Below are positions 35,464 through 45,167 of a stretch of DNA of 64,000 bases, in pieces; the first letter of the stretch is position 1; each line of letters begins with the position of its first letter. Position numbers and translations under genes: made by a program. The DNA comes from a virus (Duplodnaviria > Caudoviricetes). The stretch is taken from positions 18,163-82,162 of IMG/VR virus record IMGVR_UViG_3300005458_000015. The stretch is one strand, 5' to 3'. The notes below the pieces were generated by a model. The model was given only the letters and a program-made list of their open reading frames with translations. It was not told where the DNA came from and searched no databases.

Positions 35464-35626
35464 GGTTTCTGCCGCGTGCGAGCCGTGCAGCGTTGGCGAC
35501 CATCAAGGCTGCCGAGGGTGCTCCTGCGCCTACTGCGCCGACCTACGGCGCGAGCATAAAGCGTGGAAGCGGAGCCGTGTTCGGCCCCTGATCGTTTGCG
35601 GGAGGTGCCGTGACGACCGCTGGTGA
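35453..35626 (+). CDS. Cys-rich small protein
   Basis: CEPC..GDH.GC.GCSC.YC, CGRC. Confidence 0.55.
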   Translation: MSDEVSAACEPCSVGDHQGCRGCSCAYCADLRREHKAWKRSRVRPLIVCGRCRDDRW

Positions 35627-35852
35627 AGGCTCTGCCGCCTCGCCGCCCTATGACCACGCCTGCTGCTTCACGACTGTTCCCGGTAGGGAGCACAACATCA
35701 ACTGCCCACAGGAGGGCTCAGTGACCGACACCGACACCATGTCCGTCGAAGACGCTCTGGCGCTGCGTGACGCCGCTTATCAGAGCGGTCGTCTCGACGG
35801 TGCCGAGGAAGTCCGGCAGGTCGTCCGTAACGCGCTCGGGCTGACCGAGTGA
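35610..35852 (+). CDS. Small hypothetical protein
   Basis: Alternative start GTG 35721 has an AGGAGG RBS. Confidence 0.55.
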   Translation: MTTAGEGSAASPPYDHACCFTTVPGREHNINCPQEGSVTDTDTMSVEDALALRDAAYQSGRLDGAEEVRQVVRNALGLTE

Positions 35853-36178
35853 CCGAGGATGCTGAGGTCGACCGGATGATGGACCGCGCTCGTGCCGGGC
35901 AGGACCCCTACGCCGACCAGACGATGCCCTACGAAGTGTCAGGCTCTGCCGCGACGCCGCTCGATGAGTGGCGCGAACAGGAACGCGAGCGCGAGCGGAC
36001 CCGCTACCCGTTTGCAGCACCCGAGGCCGAACGGTGCGAGGCCGTGCGACGGGCCGCAGGCAACCCCTTCGACAAGTCCGACTGGACGATCTTGTACCGC
36101 TGCGGCAAGCGGAAGGGGCATGAGGGGCGGCACGACTGCGCCGACGAGGGCTGGTCGATGAAGTGGGCGACGCTGTGA
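35849..36178 (+). CDS. Hypothetical protein with C..C...GH.G.H motif
   Basis: RCEAV...YRCGKRKGHEGRHDC; GTGA overlaps. Confidence 0.65.
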   Translation: MTEDAEVDRMMDRARAGQDPYADQTMPYEVSGSAATPLDEWREQERERERTRYPFAAPEAERCEAVRRAAGNPFDKSDWTILYRCGKRKGHEGRHDCADEGWSMKWATL

Positions 36179-36273
36179 CCGGCGACGGCTCTGCCGCGAG
36201 GGGTGACCCCGAAATGACCAAGGCTGAGAAGGAAGCCTTCCTGGCTGATCTGTATACCGACCAAAGGAGAGTA

Positions 36274-36636
36274 ATGACTGAAGTAACTCCAGACGAAACG
36301 CCCAAACCAACCATTGGGCGGATCGTGATCTACAAGTCGAAGATCGACAATGGACCCGGCAACGACGTCTTTTCTCCTGCTGTCGTGATCAGGACCAAGG
36401 ACACCTGCGTCGAGGCCGTTTCCAAGCGCTGGGGTCCAGAGCCCCAGAAGGTCACGTCTGCAAGTGACCCATCCGTTACCCATGAAACAGCAGCACGACC
36501 TGCTGAGGTAGCCGACATGCTGCCGGACGACACCACGGTGGACCTCCTTGTCCATGGCCTCGGCAAGGATTACCGCGAGTACAACGTCAAGTTCGGCACC
36601 GGCTTCGGAGAATGGCAATGGCCTACTCGCGGGTGA
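36274..36636 (+). CDS. Hypothetical phage protein (SH3-like pattern)
   Basis: AAGGAG RBS; PTIGRIVIY..SPAVVIRT..VDLLVHG..GEWQWP. Confidence 0.7.
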   Translation: MTEVTPDETPKPTIGRIVIYKSKIDNGPGNDVFSPAVVIRTKDTCVEAVSKRWGPEPQKVTSASDPSVTHETAARPAEVADMLPDDTTVDLLVHGLGKDYREYNVKFGTGFGEWQWPTRG

Positions 36637-36792
36637 AGAAACTGAACCGGCAACTGATGAGCCTGGTGGAGGTAATAGCCTGCCGAACCATTGGTTGCAC
36701 TTCATTCTTTGCTCGCTGGTTTACCTGGCCACACGGCAAGATCTGCAACCCCTTGGCCATCCACAACTATGAGTTGGAGCGGAAAGGACGTA

Positions 36793-37308
36793 ATGAATCC
36801 TGACGACGCAGACGACCTCCAGAACGAACTGGGCAACGTGATCGGTATGGTCCCTGCTCATATCTTCACCGGCGGTTTGGACCTGGATCAGGAGATCGGT
36901 CTTGCCACCATCTCCGAGTGCCTGGACCGTGGGGAGAAGTACACCCTGGCACTGGCTCGTGGGGACGAGAAGTTGCGGCATGAGTTCGAGCCGCTCTACC
37001 GACTGTTGACCGGCATTGCAGTCGGCTCTATCGTCCCCATCCTTCAGCGCATCAACGAGGGTGACTCTCCGCCCAAGGCGATGATCGAGACCATCGCAGG
37101 TATTGGTGGTCTCATGTTCTTCGGTGGGATCGAATACGCGAAGGCCATGGGCCTCAACGGAGTAGGCGTAGATCTGCCCGAACCGAAGAAGAAGAACCGG
37201 GGAGACAACGAATACCCGGAGACCAAACCCAACACAAACATCAGCCTGTCCGAGTTCATGAAAATGAACAACATGGACGTCGAAGACCTCGACGGCCTGG
37301 ATGAGTAG
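36793..37308 (+). CDS. Hypothetical protein
   Basis: AAGGA RBS; 171 aa. Confidence 0.7.
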   Translation: MNPDDADDLQNELGNVIGMVPAHIFTGGLDLDQEIGLATISECLDRGEKYTLALARGDEKLRHEFEPLYRLLTGIAVGSIVPILQRINEGDSPPKAMIETIAGIGGLMFFGGIEYAKAMGLNGVGVDLPEPKKKNRGDNEYPETKPNTNISLSEFMKMNNMDVEDLDGLDE

Positions 37309-37321
37309 AAGGGAACAACGC

Positions 37322-38329
37322 ATGGCACGATCCCGTCAACCGCAGCGCCACCGTGCGCAGCGGGAGGACATCGAGGCATGGCTCAGCGAGAAGGGAGTGC
37401 TCTTCACCTTCACTCCTGATCTCAGTGCCGATGACTTCGACTTCGACAAGAGCCTGCGCAACCAGGCTCGGATCAACCAGGTCCTCAACGAGACCCAGTT
37501 GGAGACCTACACCGAAGCGATGAAGCGTGGGGACCGTTTCCCCGCTGTCATCGCCTACAAGGGACAGGACGGTAAGTACGTCCTAGTGGACGGCAACCAC
37601 CGTCTGCACGCTGCCCGAGAAGCGAGCGAGCCACTCAGTGCCTACGTACTGGACGGCAGCACCAAGCCCGCCACCATCGTGCAGATGACCTACGAGGCCA
37701 ACGCCAAGCACGGTCTGCCCAACTCGGTCGAGGACCGGCAGTTGCACGCCGTCTATCTACTTCGTTCAGGTGCCTCCAGCCAGGAGAATGTGGCAGCCAG
37801 TCTCAACCTCTCCAAGGCGCAGGTGCAGAGCGCATGGGCCAAGGCCAAGGCCGATGAGCGGTCACACCGGGTCGGGTTGCTGTCCCGAGAGTGGGACTCC
37901 CTCGGTCCTGGCATCAAGGCACGACTCGGGTCGGTACGCACCGATGAAGGCTTCGAGGCCATGGCCGACCTTGCCTTCAAGGCCCAGTTGACCTCCAAGG
38001 AGGTTGACCAGCATGTCACCGAGATCAACCGGTCCCGATCAGGTGCGGAGCAGAAGAAAACAGTGGAGCGGCTCAAGAGCCTCTACCGCAGTCGCATCCA
38101 AGCGACCGCTGCTGGCACGCTGTCACCCCGATCAGCGTCCAAGCAGGGACCGAAGACCTACTTCTACGTAGGTACCGGTCAACTCCAAGCCCTGGAAGAC
38201 CGGATCGAGGGGATCGTTGCCGACGCCCAGTTGGTCGAGATCCCCGACATGATCAAGCGGGGCGAAGAGGCCATGGCCATCATCTCGCTGGTCGTGGACG
38301 CACTGAAGGCCAAGCAGAAGGGGGAGTAA
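37322..38329 (+). CDS. ParB/Srx N-terminal domain protein
   Basis: RNQAR...YTEAMKRG..FPAVI.....YVLVDGNHRLHAA, N..HGLP, HTH SQENVAASLNLSKAQV. Confidence 0.8.
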   Translation: MARSRQPQRHRAQREDIEAWLSEKGVLFTFTPDLSADDFDFDKSLRNQARINQVLNETQLETYTEAMKRGDRFPAVIAYKGQDGKYVLVDGNHRLHAAREASEPLSAYVLDGSTKPATIVQMTYEANAKHGLPNSVEDRQLHAVYLLRSGASSQENVAASLNLSKAQVQSAWAKAKADERSHRVGLLSREWDSLGPGIKARLGSVRTDEGFEAMADLAFKAQLTSKEVDQHVTEINRSRSGAEQKKTVERLKSLYRSRIQATAAGTLSPRSASKQGPKTYFYVGTGQLQALEDRIEGIVADAQLVEIPDMIKRGEEAMAIISLVVDALKAKQKGE

Positions 38330-38332
38330 TCG

Positions 38333-39280
38333 ATGCCCCGGACGAGCGTTATGCATCAGCACGCTCTCCAACTCTTGCGGGACGGCTATTGGCATGACTA
38401 CAACGAGGTCCTCAGGGATCTCATGGAGCATGTACCGCCACACAAGGCTGCCCATGAGGCAGAGCGCGCTCGAATTGATAACTGGCGTAAAACCCATCCT
38501 GATGCGAGTCCCAACTACATCCCACCCCGGAAGAAGCGCCACACAATGGATCAGCAGATCCAGACCGGGGCTCGGATGATCGCCAACGAGATACTCAGGA
38601 ACGCCGCCTATGAAGTGGCGAAGAACCCGGAGACAGGTGCCAAGATCATCCGGCTTTACAACCCGGAGAACAGCACCCAACTCCCACCAGGGTTTGTCCT
38701 GGGTAAGTCCCGAAAGGCGTTCTCTGCGTACTACGGGATGTCGAAGGAAGAACGGGAGAAGTTGCTGTCCCAGCGATCCCGCAACGCTGCCAGGGCCAGG
38801 CTGATCAAGAGGGGTCTTGACCCTGATACCTACGTCACGATCGAAGAACGGAATCGACGCCGCAAAGAAGAGATCGCCAACATGACTCCCGAGCAACTCA
38901 AAGCCTTTCGTGCTGAAGCGGCTCGCAAGTCTTGGGAGACCCGGAAGAAAAACCTCGAAAAGAAGGCCCAAGAGGAAGGAAAACTAATGGGTCATCGATA
39001 TCGCCTCGTCATCGACGTGTGCGAAGAGTCAGAGCGTGGAGGGGGAGAATTCCTAGGTATTGAAGATCTCAAGGAAATCCATGAAGCCGTGACCTCTGCT
39101 GCAAAGGTCGCCATCCCCGCCCGAGTGAAGAAATCGGTTCGGGTGGAGAAGGTGATGCAGCGCAAGTCCGTCTACCACGAGCACGAAGGCAACAGCACCT
39201 GCAACGGGTGCTTGCGCATGGCAGACGACGGCATGGACGGGGATTTGTCGAGTGTCTTCCCGCCCCTCACCGTCTCCTGA
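38333..39280 (+). CDS. Basic hypothetical protein (possible DNA-binding)
   Basis: 315 aa, K/R/E-rich; AARKSWETRK; C-terminal CNGC. Confidence 0.65.
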   Translation: MPRTSVMHQHALQLLRDGYWHDYNEVLRDLMEHVPPHKAAHEAERARIDNWRKTHPDASPNYIPPRKKRHTMDQQIQTGARMIANEILRNAAYEVAKNPETGAKIIRLYNPENSTQLPPGFVLGKSRKAFSAYYGMSKEEREKLLSQRSRNAARARLIKRGLDPDTYVTIEERNRRRKEEIANMTPEQLKAFRAEAARKSWETRKKNLEKKAQEEGKLMGHRYRLVIDVCEESERGGGEFLGIEDLKEIHEAVTSAAKVAIPARVKKSVRVEKVMQRKSVYHEHEGNSTCNGCLRMADDGMDGDLSSVFPPLTVS

Positions 39281-39345
39281 CGGTCACCACTTACCGCCCC
39301 TGGACAACACGGTCCAGGGGCTTACTCGTTTAGAGAGGGAAAACC

Positions 39346-40860
39346 TTGCCAGCAGCATCGCAGGACTACGACCGCAAGGCCAAGGCAGAGCAGGTATCGG
39401 AGAAGCGCCTACTGGAGACCTTGGCCGAACTCGGCGGCAAGCGGGTTGCCGACGATGACATCGTGTTCGAGGGCACCAGAATCGTCCTACCGGCGACGAT
39501 GACCCCTCGCTCCGCGATCAAGTTCCTGACTCAGCACATCGAGCAGGAAGAGGAAGAGACGCAGTTCTCCCGCGTGATGAACTACCGTCCGTGGGACGGG
39601 GCGTGGGCGATGCAACTCGCACTGAAGAAGGTGTTCGGCACCACCGGCATCGGCAAGGCCACCTACTCCTTCTTCGGCAAGAACCCGCCGCAGTTGATCA
39701 CCATCGACGTCGGCGTGGGACAGCAGGCTCAGGTGCCGTGGGGCACGATCGACTTTCCCATCCTCCAGGCCACACTCAACCTGGGCCAGAGCAACCACCC
39801 GGAGTTCGGACCACTGTTTGCCCTGACGGTGGAGTGTCCCCGTAAGTATCGGGGTCACGTCGAGGGTCTGTTCAAGGCCATCGAGCATGAGTTGCGAGAG
39901 CACTCGATCTACCGAGGCAAGGCGTTCAACGGTGCCACCATGCCTCAGTTCATCGACCCGTACTCGGTGGACCGCAAGAAGGTGGTCTACAAGGACGACG
40001 TGGAGCGTCAGTTGGACGCCAACGTCTGGGGTGTCCTCCGGCACTCTGACGCCCAGCGGGCAGCAGGACTCCCGCTGAAGCGTGCTGTGCTGCTCTCCGG
40101 CCCATACGGCACCGGCAAGAGCCTGGCAGCAGCCCTCACCGGTCAGGTGGCGGTGGAGAACGGCTGGACTTTCGTGCAGTGCCGCCCAGGCAAGGACGAC
40201 CTGGGCCAGGTCATGCAGACGGCACTGCTCTACCAGCCCGCTGTGGTGTTCTACGAGGACGTGGACACCATCGCCCAGGGAGGCGACCCGGACAAGGTCA
40301 GCCAACTGCTGGACATGTTCGACGGCATCACCGCCAAGGGCACCGAGTTGATCGTCGTGATGACGACCAACCACGCTGAGTTGATCCACAAGGGCATGGT
40401 CCGGCCAGGTCGGCTGGACGCGGTCATCCAGATCGATGCTCTCGACCACCAGGGCGTGGAGAACCTGATCAAAGCCACGGTCCCGACCAACCTGTTGGGC
40501 ACGGACCTCGACTACGACCTGATCGGGAAGTCCATGGAGGGCTTCCTCCCCGCCTTCATCAAGGAGGCCATCGACCGTGCGGTGCGCTACAACATCGCCC
40601 GGACTCATGGCACACCGGAGTTGCTCACCACGGACGACTTCGTGGACGCGGCTCTGGGTCTTCGCCCGCAGTTGGACCTGATGAACGGTGCCACCGAGGG
40701 CAAGACGCCGGACACGCTGACCCAGGCCATGACCCGAGTGGTCACCGACACCACCACCCAGGCGGTGCAGGGCATGGTGCTCACCGACGCCAGCAAGCGT
40801 CCGCAACTGTGGCCGGTGTCGCAGGAGGACGTTCCGGGTTCCAAAATCGCCAAGAAGTAA
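39346..40860 (+). CDS. AAA+ ATPase
   Basis: Walker A GPYGTGKS, Walker B VFYEDVD, TTNH..IHKGMVRPGRLD second region of homology. Confidence 0.9.
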   Translation: MPAASQDYDRKAKAEQVSEKRLLETLAELGGKRVADDDIVFEGTRIVLPATMTPRSAIKFLTQHIEQEEEETQFSRVMNYRPWDGAWAMQLALKKVFGTTGIGKATYSFFGKNPPQLITIDVGVGQQAQVPWGTIDFPILQATLNLGQSNHPEFGPLFALTVECPRKYRGHVEGLFKAIEHELREHSIYRGKAFNGATMPQFIDPYSVDRKKVVYKDDVERQLDANVWGVLRHSDAQRAAGLPLKRAVLLSGPYGTGKSLAAALTGQVAVENGWTFVQCRPGKDDLGQVMQTALLYQPAVVFYEDVDTIAQGGDPDKVSQLLDMFDGITAKGTELIVVMTTNHAELIHKGMVRPGRLDAVIQIDALDHQGVENLIKATVPTNLLGTDLDYDLIGKSMEGFLPAFIKEAIDRAVRYNIARTHGTPELLTTDDFVDAALGLRPQLDLMNGATEGKTPDTLTQAMTRVVTDTTTQAVQGMVLTDASKRPQLWPVSQEDVPGSKIAKK

Positions 40861-40933
40861 GCGAGCGATCAAGTTTCTTCAGGCGGGGGGCGGGCGGGCA
40901 ACCATCCGCTTCCTCTCCTGAGGACGGAGGCAC

Positions 40934-41551
40934 ATGAGCGAGTCCTGGCAATCTCTAGCCCAAAGATCTACCTACGCCATCTTGCGCGATGCGAAAGGAG
41001 GTTATGCAAAACACACCACGGCTACTGCCCGTAGGGGCTACGACGAAATGATCGGCTGGTACGGGAAGATCGATAACAAGTCATATATCGATAACTCCAC
41101 AAACCCCAAGTTCTCGATAAACACCGATTACCGACCACCAGGCACAGGCAGCAAACCTCTCATCCCCCATCACAACTGGGTGTATCCCACTCACGGCGAT
41201 GTGATCGAGTTCTATGACGCACACGGGTGTTACATCGCCACCTGGCGCAACGGCCCATCCGGTTCAAATCCAGACCAAACCAAAGAAACATTTACCGAGG
41301 AGGCAGGCAAGTTGTTCAAGGCCAACACATCCAAGGCCAAGGGTGGCTACCGTGCCATCGTGGAGTACAACGGCACGGTCGTGTGGGAGAGCGACCAGGT
41401 CTACACCGACGATGACAACTTCCAGGCTGCTGACCCGGATATGGGCGTCAAGCAGGTCGGGGACACCGGCATGAACAAGGCAGCCAAGGCTGCACAGTCG
41501 GCCATCAACCAGGTGGTCGAATCCCTCTTCGCAAAGGTGACGGTGAAGTAA
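40934..41551 (+). CDS. Hypothetical protein
   Basis: GGAGG RBS; 205 aa. Confidence 0.7.
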   Translation: MSESWQSLAQRSTYAILRDAKGGYAKHTTATARRGYDEMIGWYGKIDNKSYIDNSTNPKFSINTDYRPPGTGSKPLIPHHNWVYPTHGDVIEFYDAHGCYIATWRNGPSGSNPDQTKETFTEEAGKLFKANTSKAKGGYRAIVEYNGTVVWESDQVYTDDDNFQAADPDMGVKQVGDTGMNKAAKAAQSAINQVVESLFAKVTVK

Positions 41552-42172
41552 ATGACAGAAGGCAACAAGAGCGCGAGGGAACTCCTGGAGGAGTCCCTCA
41601 GCATCATCACCCACCCCATCCTGGAACTCGAAAACGGTGACATCGTCACCGGATGGACCGGGTGGGACGAGTTCAAGGACCTATACCACTACAAGAACAG
41701 GGTCAAGATCCTTGACCCCACCTTGGTCAAGGTCACGGAGAACAAGGTCACGAACAATGCGGTGTGCGCGATCGGTGCCATCGCTCTGGCCAACCTTGCC
41801 CAGAACTTGAACGTGGACAGGGACTCATACCGGGGTTGGGGTACCCAGATGACACTCAACGTCCAGGTGGCAATCGCCACCGTAGCGCTGGCCCAGGTCA
41901 TCTACAGACGAAAGAACCTCCCCCTGGACTATCTCGATACACAGTGGCCACACCTGGCCAACCGCGCCGAAGTAATGGGGCTCTGGCATGTTCCTCTCAA
42001 GACTCTCATCGACGCCGCCGAAACACAACCGGATCTCGTTCGGCAGTTGGCTCAAATGACTGTCAACGTCGTTACCGGTTGGAACGACAATGACTATCGC
42101 ACCTGGCCCGAGGTTGCTGAGGTCTTCACCGACGCGATCAAGGACCTCATCAAGGCAGAGGAGGAAGTGTGA
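41552..42172 (+). CDS. Hypothetical phage protein
   Basis: VCAIGAI...GWND...RTWPEVAEVF pattern common in actinophage accessory genes. Confidence 0.7.
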   Translation: MTEGNKSARELLEESLSIITHPILELENGDIVTGWTGWDEFKDLYHYKNRVKILDPTLVKVTENKVTNNAVCAIGAIALANLAQNLNVDRDSYRGWGTQMTLNVQVAIATVALAQVIYRRKNLPLDYLDTQWPHLANRAEVMGLWHVPLKTLIDAAETQPDLVRQLAQMTVNVVTGWNDNDYRTWPEVAEVFTDAIKDLIKAEEEV

Positions 42173-42891
42173 GCAGTAGCAAGTGGGGCAACGTGGTTAC
42201 CGCCGCAGGAACCAAGAAGATGGAAGAATATCTGCGCGCCGCAGACTCCTTCCAGGCGACGGGTGACTCCGCCGTTATCGACGTCACCACCCTCGATGGC
42301 GTTGCTATCAAGACCGACCCGGTGGAGTTCCCACTCCCGGATTTCACCGAGAAGGTCCGAGCCGGAATGGACCTGTTGGACAAGATCCTCCCCGGTTGGC
42401 AGGACAGCATCGACCTCACTCTCCTCGATCTGGAGAGCGACCAGATGTGCGTCCTAGGGCAAACCTGGCCTCTCTACGCCAAGATGCACGGTCTGCTGGA
42501 GGAGGGCGACTACAAGCAGTTCGCTGACGCTGTGCTGAGCGTTGGTGGCGACGGTGACCGCAACCTGATGGCGGCATCCATCGGCTGTGCCATGGACCAG
42601 GAGGTCTTCGACTACCTCAACGGGTTCACCTACCGACAGATCGAGCAGCGGTACGGGTTGACCCCTCAGTTGCTCGACATAGCAACGATCGCGGATGCGC
42701 AGAAGGACCCCCAACTCATGGAGGCGGTCAACTTCTTCAACCAGTGCAACAACCGCCAGAACACGTTGCTCTGGGAGCACTTGACCCGGACCTGGGTCCG
42801 GGAGATCACCAAGGCGAGGGAGGAGGGTCGTTGGGACCAGTCGTCTGTCAGTGCGTCACCTGCAACCGAGGAAGTGACTACGAGCCAGTAG
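42169..42891 (+). CDS. Hypothetical protein, paralog of 32492-33055
   Basis: GMDLLDKILPGWQDSIDL..L.L....CVLGQ...LWEHLTRTWV. Confidence 0.75.
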   Translation: MSSSKWGNVVTAAGTKKMEEYLRAADSFQATGDSAVIDVTTLDGVAIKTDPVEFPLPDFTEKVRAGMDLLDKILPGWQDSIDLTLLDLESDQMCVLGQTWPLYAKMHGLLEEGDYKQFADAVLSVGGDGDRNLMAASIGCAMDQEVFDYLNGFTYRQIEQRYGLTPQLLDIATIADAQKDPQLMEAVNFFNQCNNRQNTLLWEHLTRTWVREITKAREEGRWDQSSVSASPATEEVTTSQ

Positions 42892-42912
42892 CCACCCAGG
42901 AGGATCTCCTGT

Positions 42913-43149
42913 GTGACGACTGTCGTAACTCTTTCCAATGCATCGCAGACAATAAGGAGGCACGAAACCGTGAGCGGGAGCGTCAAGCATCCGCGAAAGA
43001 ACAAGCCCACGTTCCAGCGCTACTGGAATGAGGACCACCTGCTAGAGAACCGCACCAAGCGCATCATGAAGAACGATGCCAAGAACGCAGGCAAGTTGTG
43101 TGCGGAGTGGAAGAAGCGGTACGAAGTTCTGAAGAAGAGGAAGGCATGA
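42913..43149 (+). CDS. Small basic protein
   Basis: 78 aa; stop coupled to the next start. Confidence 0.5.
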   Translation: MTTVVTLSNASQTIRRHETVSGSVKHPRKNKPTFQRYWNEDHLLENRTKRIMKNDAKNAGKLCAEWKKRYEVLKKRKA

Positions 43150-43355
43150 GCACCAAATGGACTCATGCCATCTGCAATGACTGCTGGGATGCACGTAACC
43201 CCAACGGTCGTACTCCTCACCGGCTCAAAGACCCAGAGCCGGAATACTGCTGCTTCTGCAACGAACCAACCATCAGCGGCATCTACGTTCGTAGCGACCC
43301 GGAGAAGACACCCTGCAAAGGGCAGGGTGGACGTCTACACGAGGAGGATGGGTGA
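43146..43355 (+). CDS. Small zinc-finger protein
   Basis: WTHAICNDCW...EYCCFCNEPTISGIY. Confidence 0.7.
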   Translation: MSTKWTHAICNDCWDARNPNGRTPHRLKDPEPEYCCFCNEPTISGIYVRSDPEKTPCKGQGGRLHEEDG

Positions 43356-43630
43356 ACGCCCATCTGATGTGCGACAGGGATTGGCATCGACTTCCTGATC
43401 CGAAACCAATCCCTGTCGCAGTAACCTTCGAGCCGGTAACTGAGGCTCAACCCTGTTGTTGGTGTGGCGAGCCAACACAGTCAGGAGTTTTCTTCGCCAA
43501 CCATGAACCAGAAGTCCTTGCCTGCAAGGGGCAAGGCGAGATCCACCAGGAGGAACAGAGTGACAGCGACACTGCCGGAGACACCAGCCAAGGAGTCGTG
43601 GGGGACAGCGGAGAAGGCGGTCCTGCCTGA
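43352..43630 (+). CDS. Small zinc-finger protein, tandem paralog of 43146-43355
   Basis: AHLMCDRDW...QPCCWCGEPTQSGVF...CKGQG. Confidence 0.65.
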   Translation: MNAHLMCDRDWHRLPDPKPIPVAVTFEPVTEAQPCCWCGEPTQSGVFFANHEPEVLACKGQGEIHQEEQSDSDTAGDTSQGVVGDSGEGGPA

Positions 43631-43859
43631 GGGCCAGTCCTGCCTGTTTGCCCTAGACGGCTCCGGGGACTCCCGCTTCATGTGGAGCAAGGACAACCCG
43701 GACGAGATCGACGCTGCGAAGAAGACCTTCAAGCGGCTCAAGGACAAGGGCTACGACGCCTTCAAGGTCAAGGCCGATGGCGGCAAGGGCGAGAAGATCA
43801 GCGACTTCGACCCCACCGCCGAGAAGATCATCATGGCCCCGCGTCTGGTCGGTGGCTGA
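43560..43859 (+). CDS. Small protein ending in a C-terminal diglycine
   Basis: AGGA RBS, GTG start; GDSRFMWSKDNPDEIDAAKKTF...FDPTAEKIIMAPRLVGG-stop. Confidence 0.75.
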   Translation: MTATLPETPAKESWGTAEKAVLPEGQSCLFALDGSGDSRFMWSKDNPDEIDAAKKTFKRLKDKGYDAFKVKADGGKGEKISDFDPTAEKIIMAPRLVGG

Positions 43860-44058
43860 CCAAGCACCTTGCCCCGTATGTGGTTTAGGGGGCGGCTTCC
43901 ACAACTCCGACACTCACTCCTTCGGGATAGAACGAGCGAAAGAGTTGTGGGGGTCGCCCCTGCGACCAGACATCGAGCGCAAGGACTACACGCCTTATGC
44001 GTTCAGGGCTGGTGACAACGAGTACGTCATCATCTGGAAGAAAGATGGTGGTCGATGA
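43852..44058 (+). CDS. Small hypothetical protein
   Basis: GTG start; CPVCG.GGGFH. Confidence 0.6.
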   Translation: MADQAPCPVCGLGGGFHNSDTHSFGIERAKELWGSPLRPDIERKDYTPYAFRAGDNEYVIIWKKDGGR

Positions 44059-45167
44059 ACTGTCCAGGGGCGGGTCAACCGCCAAGAAGTCTCTACAAGG
44101 CCATCAGCCATTACCGGCTGCGTAATAATCGGCCACACTTCTCGACAGGGTGGGGTGAATGCTCTCACTGCCGTGGTGCCTACACAGTCCGACCTCTCAA
44201 GACGGGTGCAGCGGCTGTCTGGCGACACAAGCCGATCAGCGAGTGCACGGAGAAGGAACAGAAACTGAACCTTCGCCGCAAGGAACGCTGGCTGATCTAC
44301 TACAACATGAACCACATATCTGGTCTACCAACCGGGGTTTTTGGTGGGCAGGTTGGCACCTACTTCAACGTAGTAGAAACCCCTGGAGTCCGAACAACGG
44401 CGACACTCACGAGGGAGACCTATTGGCACCCCAACCAGCAGGTTTTCCGAGTGGAGTTGGGCTCCAACACCCAGAACACCTCAGGTCAATGGGTGTTCCA
44501 GGTGAACGACCAGATCTACGTCAACAACACGAACAGGATGACCATGGCAGTTGACTATGCATCCTGGAACGCTTGGAACCAGACCGTCACGGTCAGCAAC
44601 TACGCCCGCATCGAAGGGTGTAACACCTGGACACAGTGGGTCCAGCCCTACCAGGGAGTGTTGCAGGGCAACTCCGTTGTTGCCGTGAACGCCTTTGGTG
44701 CTGCGGGAGTCAGACCACCTGCTTACACCCGTCCGATCGAAGACCCTGCTGTCAGGGCAGAGCGGGAGCGTCAGCAGGCCGAGGCACTATTCCAGCGGGT
44801 CCAGGCCGAAAACGTGGCAAGGGCAGAGGCGCAGAAGACAGCGCACGAGACGCTGTTGTCGCTGCTCACGCCCGAACAGCGGGAGGAGTACCAGGTCCGC
44901 AAGCACTTCCATGTCCGAGGTTCCAAGGGGACGCTCTATCGCATCCTGCACGGCTCCTCGGGCAACGTCCGTCAGGTTCTCTCCGAAGCGGACGAAGGCA
45001 GAGGGCTTCACGCCTACTGTGCCCATCCCGCAATGCGGGTGGCAGCAGATGCAGAAGCAGGGGTTGTTGGTGGCACCTTGCCCCATGAGGACGCCATGAT
45101 CGCCCAGATGCTGCATTTGATGATGGACGAGGATGCCTTCCTCGCAGTGGCCAACCGACACTGGTGA
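44055..45167 (+). CDS. Multidomain hypothetical protein
   Basis: N-terminal C..CSHC..H; N/Q/T/W-rich middle; C-terminal LLSLLTPEQ..EY...HFHVRGS.G..YRI...YCAHP...EDAMIAQ..L..DE..FL..AN. Confidence 0.75.
   Translation: MNCPGAGQPPRSLYKAISHYRLRNNRPHFSTGWGECSHCRGAYTVRPLKTGAAAVWRHKPISECTEKEQKLNLRRKERWLIYYNMNHISGLPTGVFGGQVGTYFNVVETPGVRTTATLTRETYWHPNQQVFRVELGSNTQNTSGQWVFQVNDQIYVNNTNRMTMAVDYASWNAWNQTVTVSNYARIEGCNTWTQWVQPYQGVLQGNSVVAVNAFGAAGVRPPAYTRPIEDPAVRAERERQQAEALFQRVQAENVARAEAQKTAHETLLSLLTPEQREEYQVRKHFHVRGSKGTLYRILHGSSGNVRQVLSEADEGRGLHAYCAHPAMRVAADAEAGVVGGTLPHEDAMIAQMLHLMMDEDAFLAVANRHW

Noticed and set aside
39487-40872. 461-aa antisense ORF and similar long shadow ORFs (e.g. 13336-14127, 38132-38971, 62969-63688)
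   Set aside because: They overlap well-supported genes (mostly antisense; 13336-14127 is a same-strand alternative frame); such frames stay open easily in GC-biased coding DNA.
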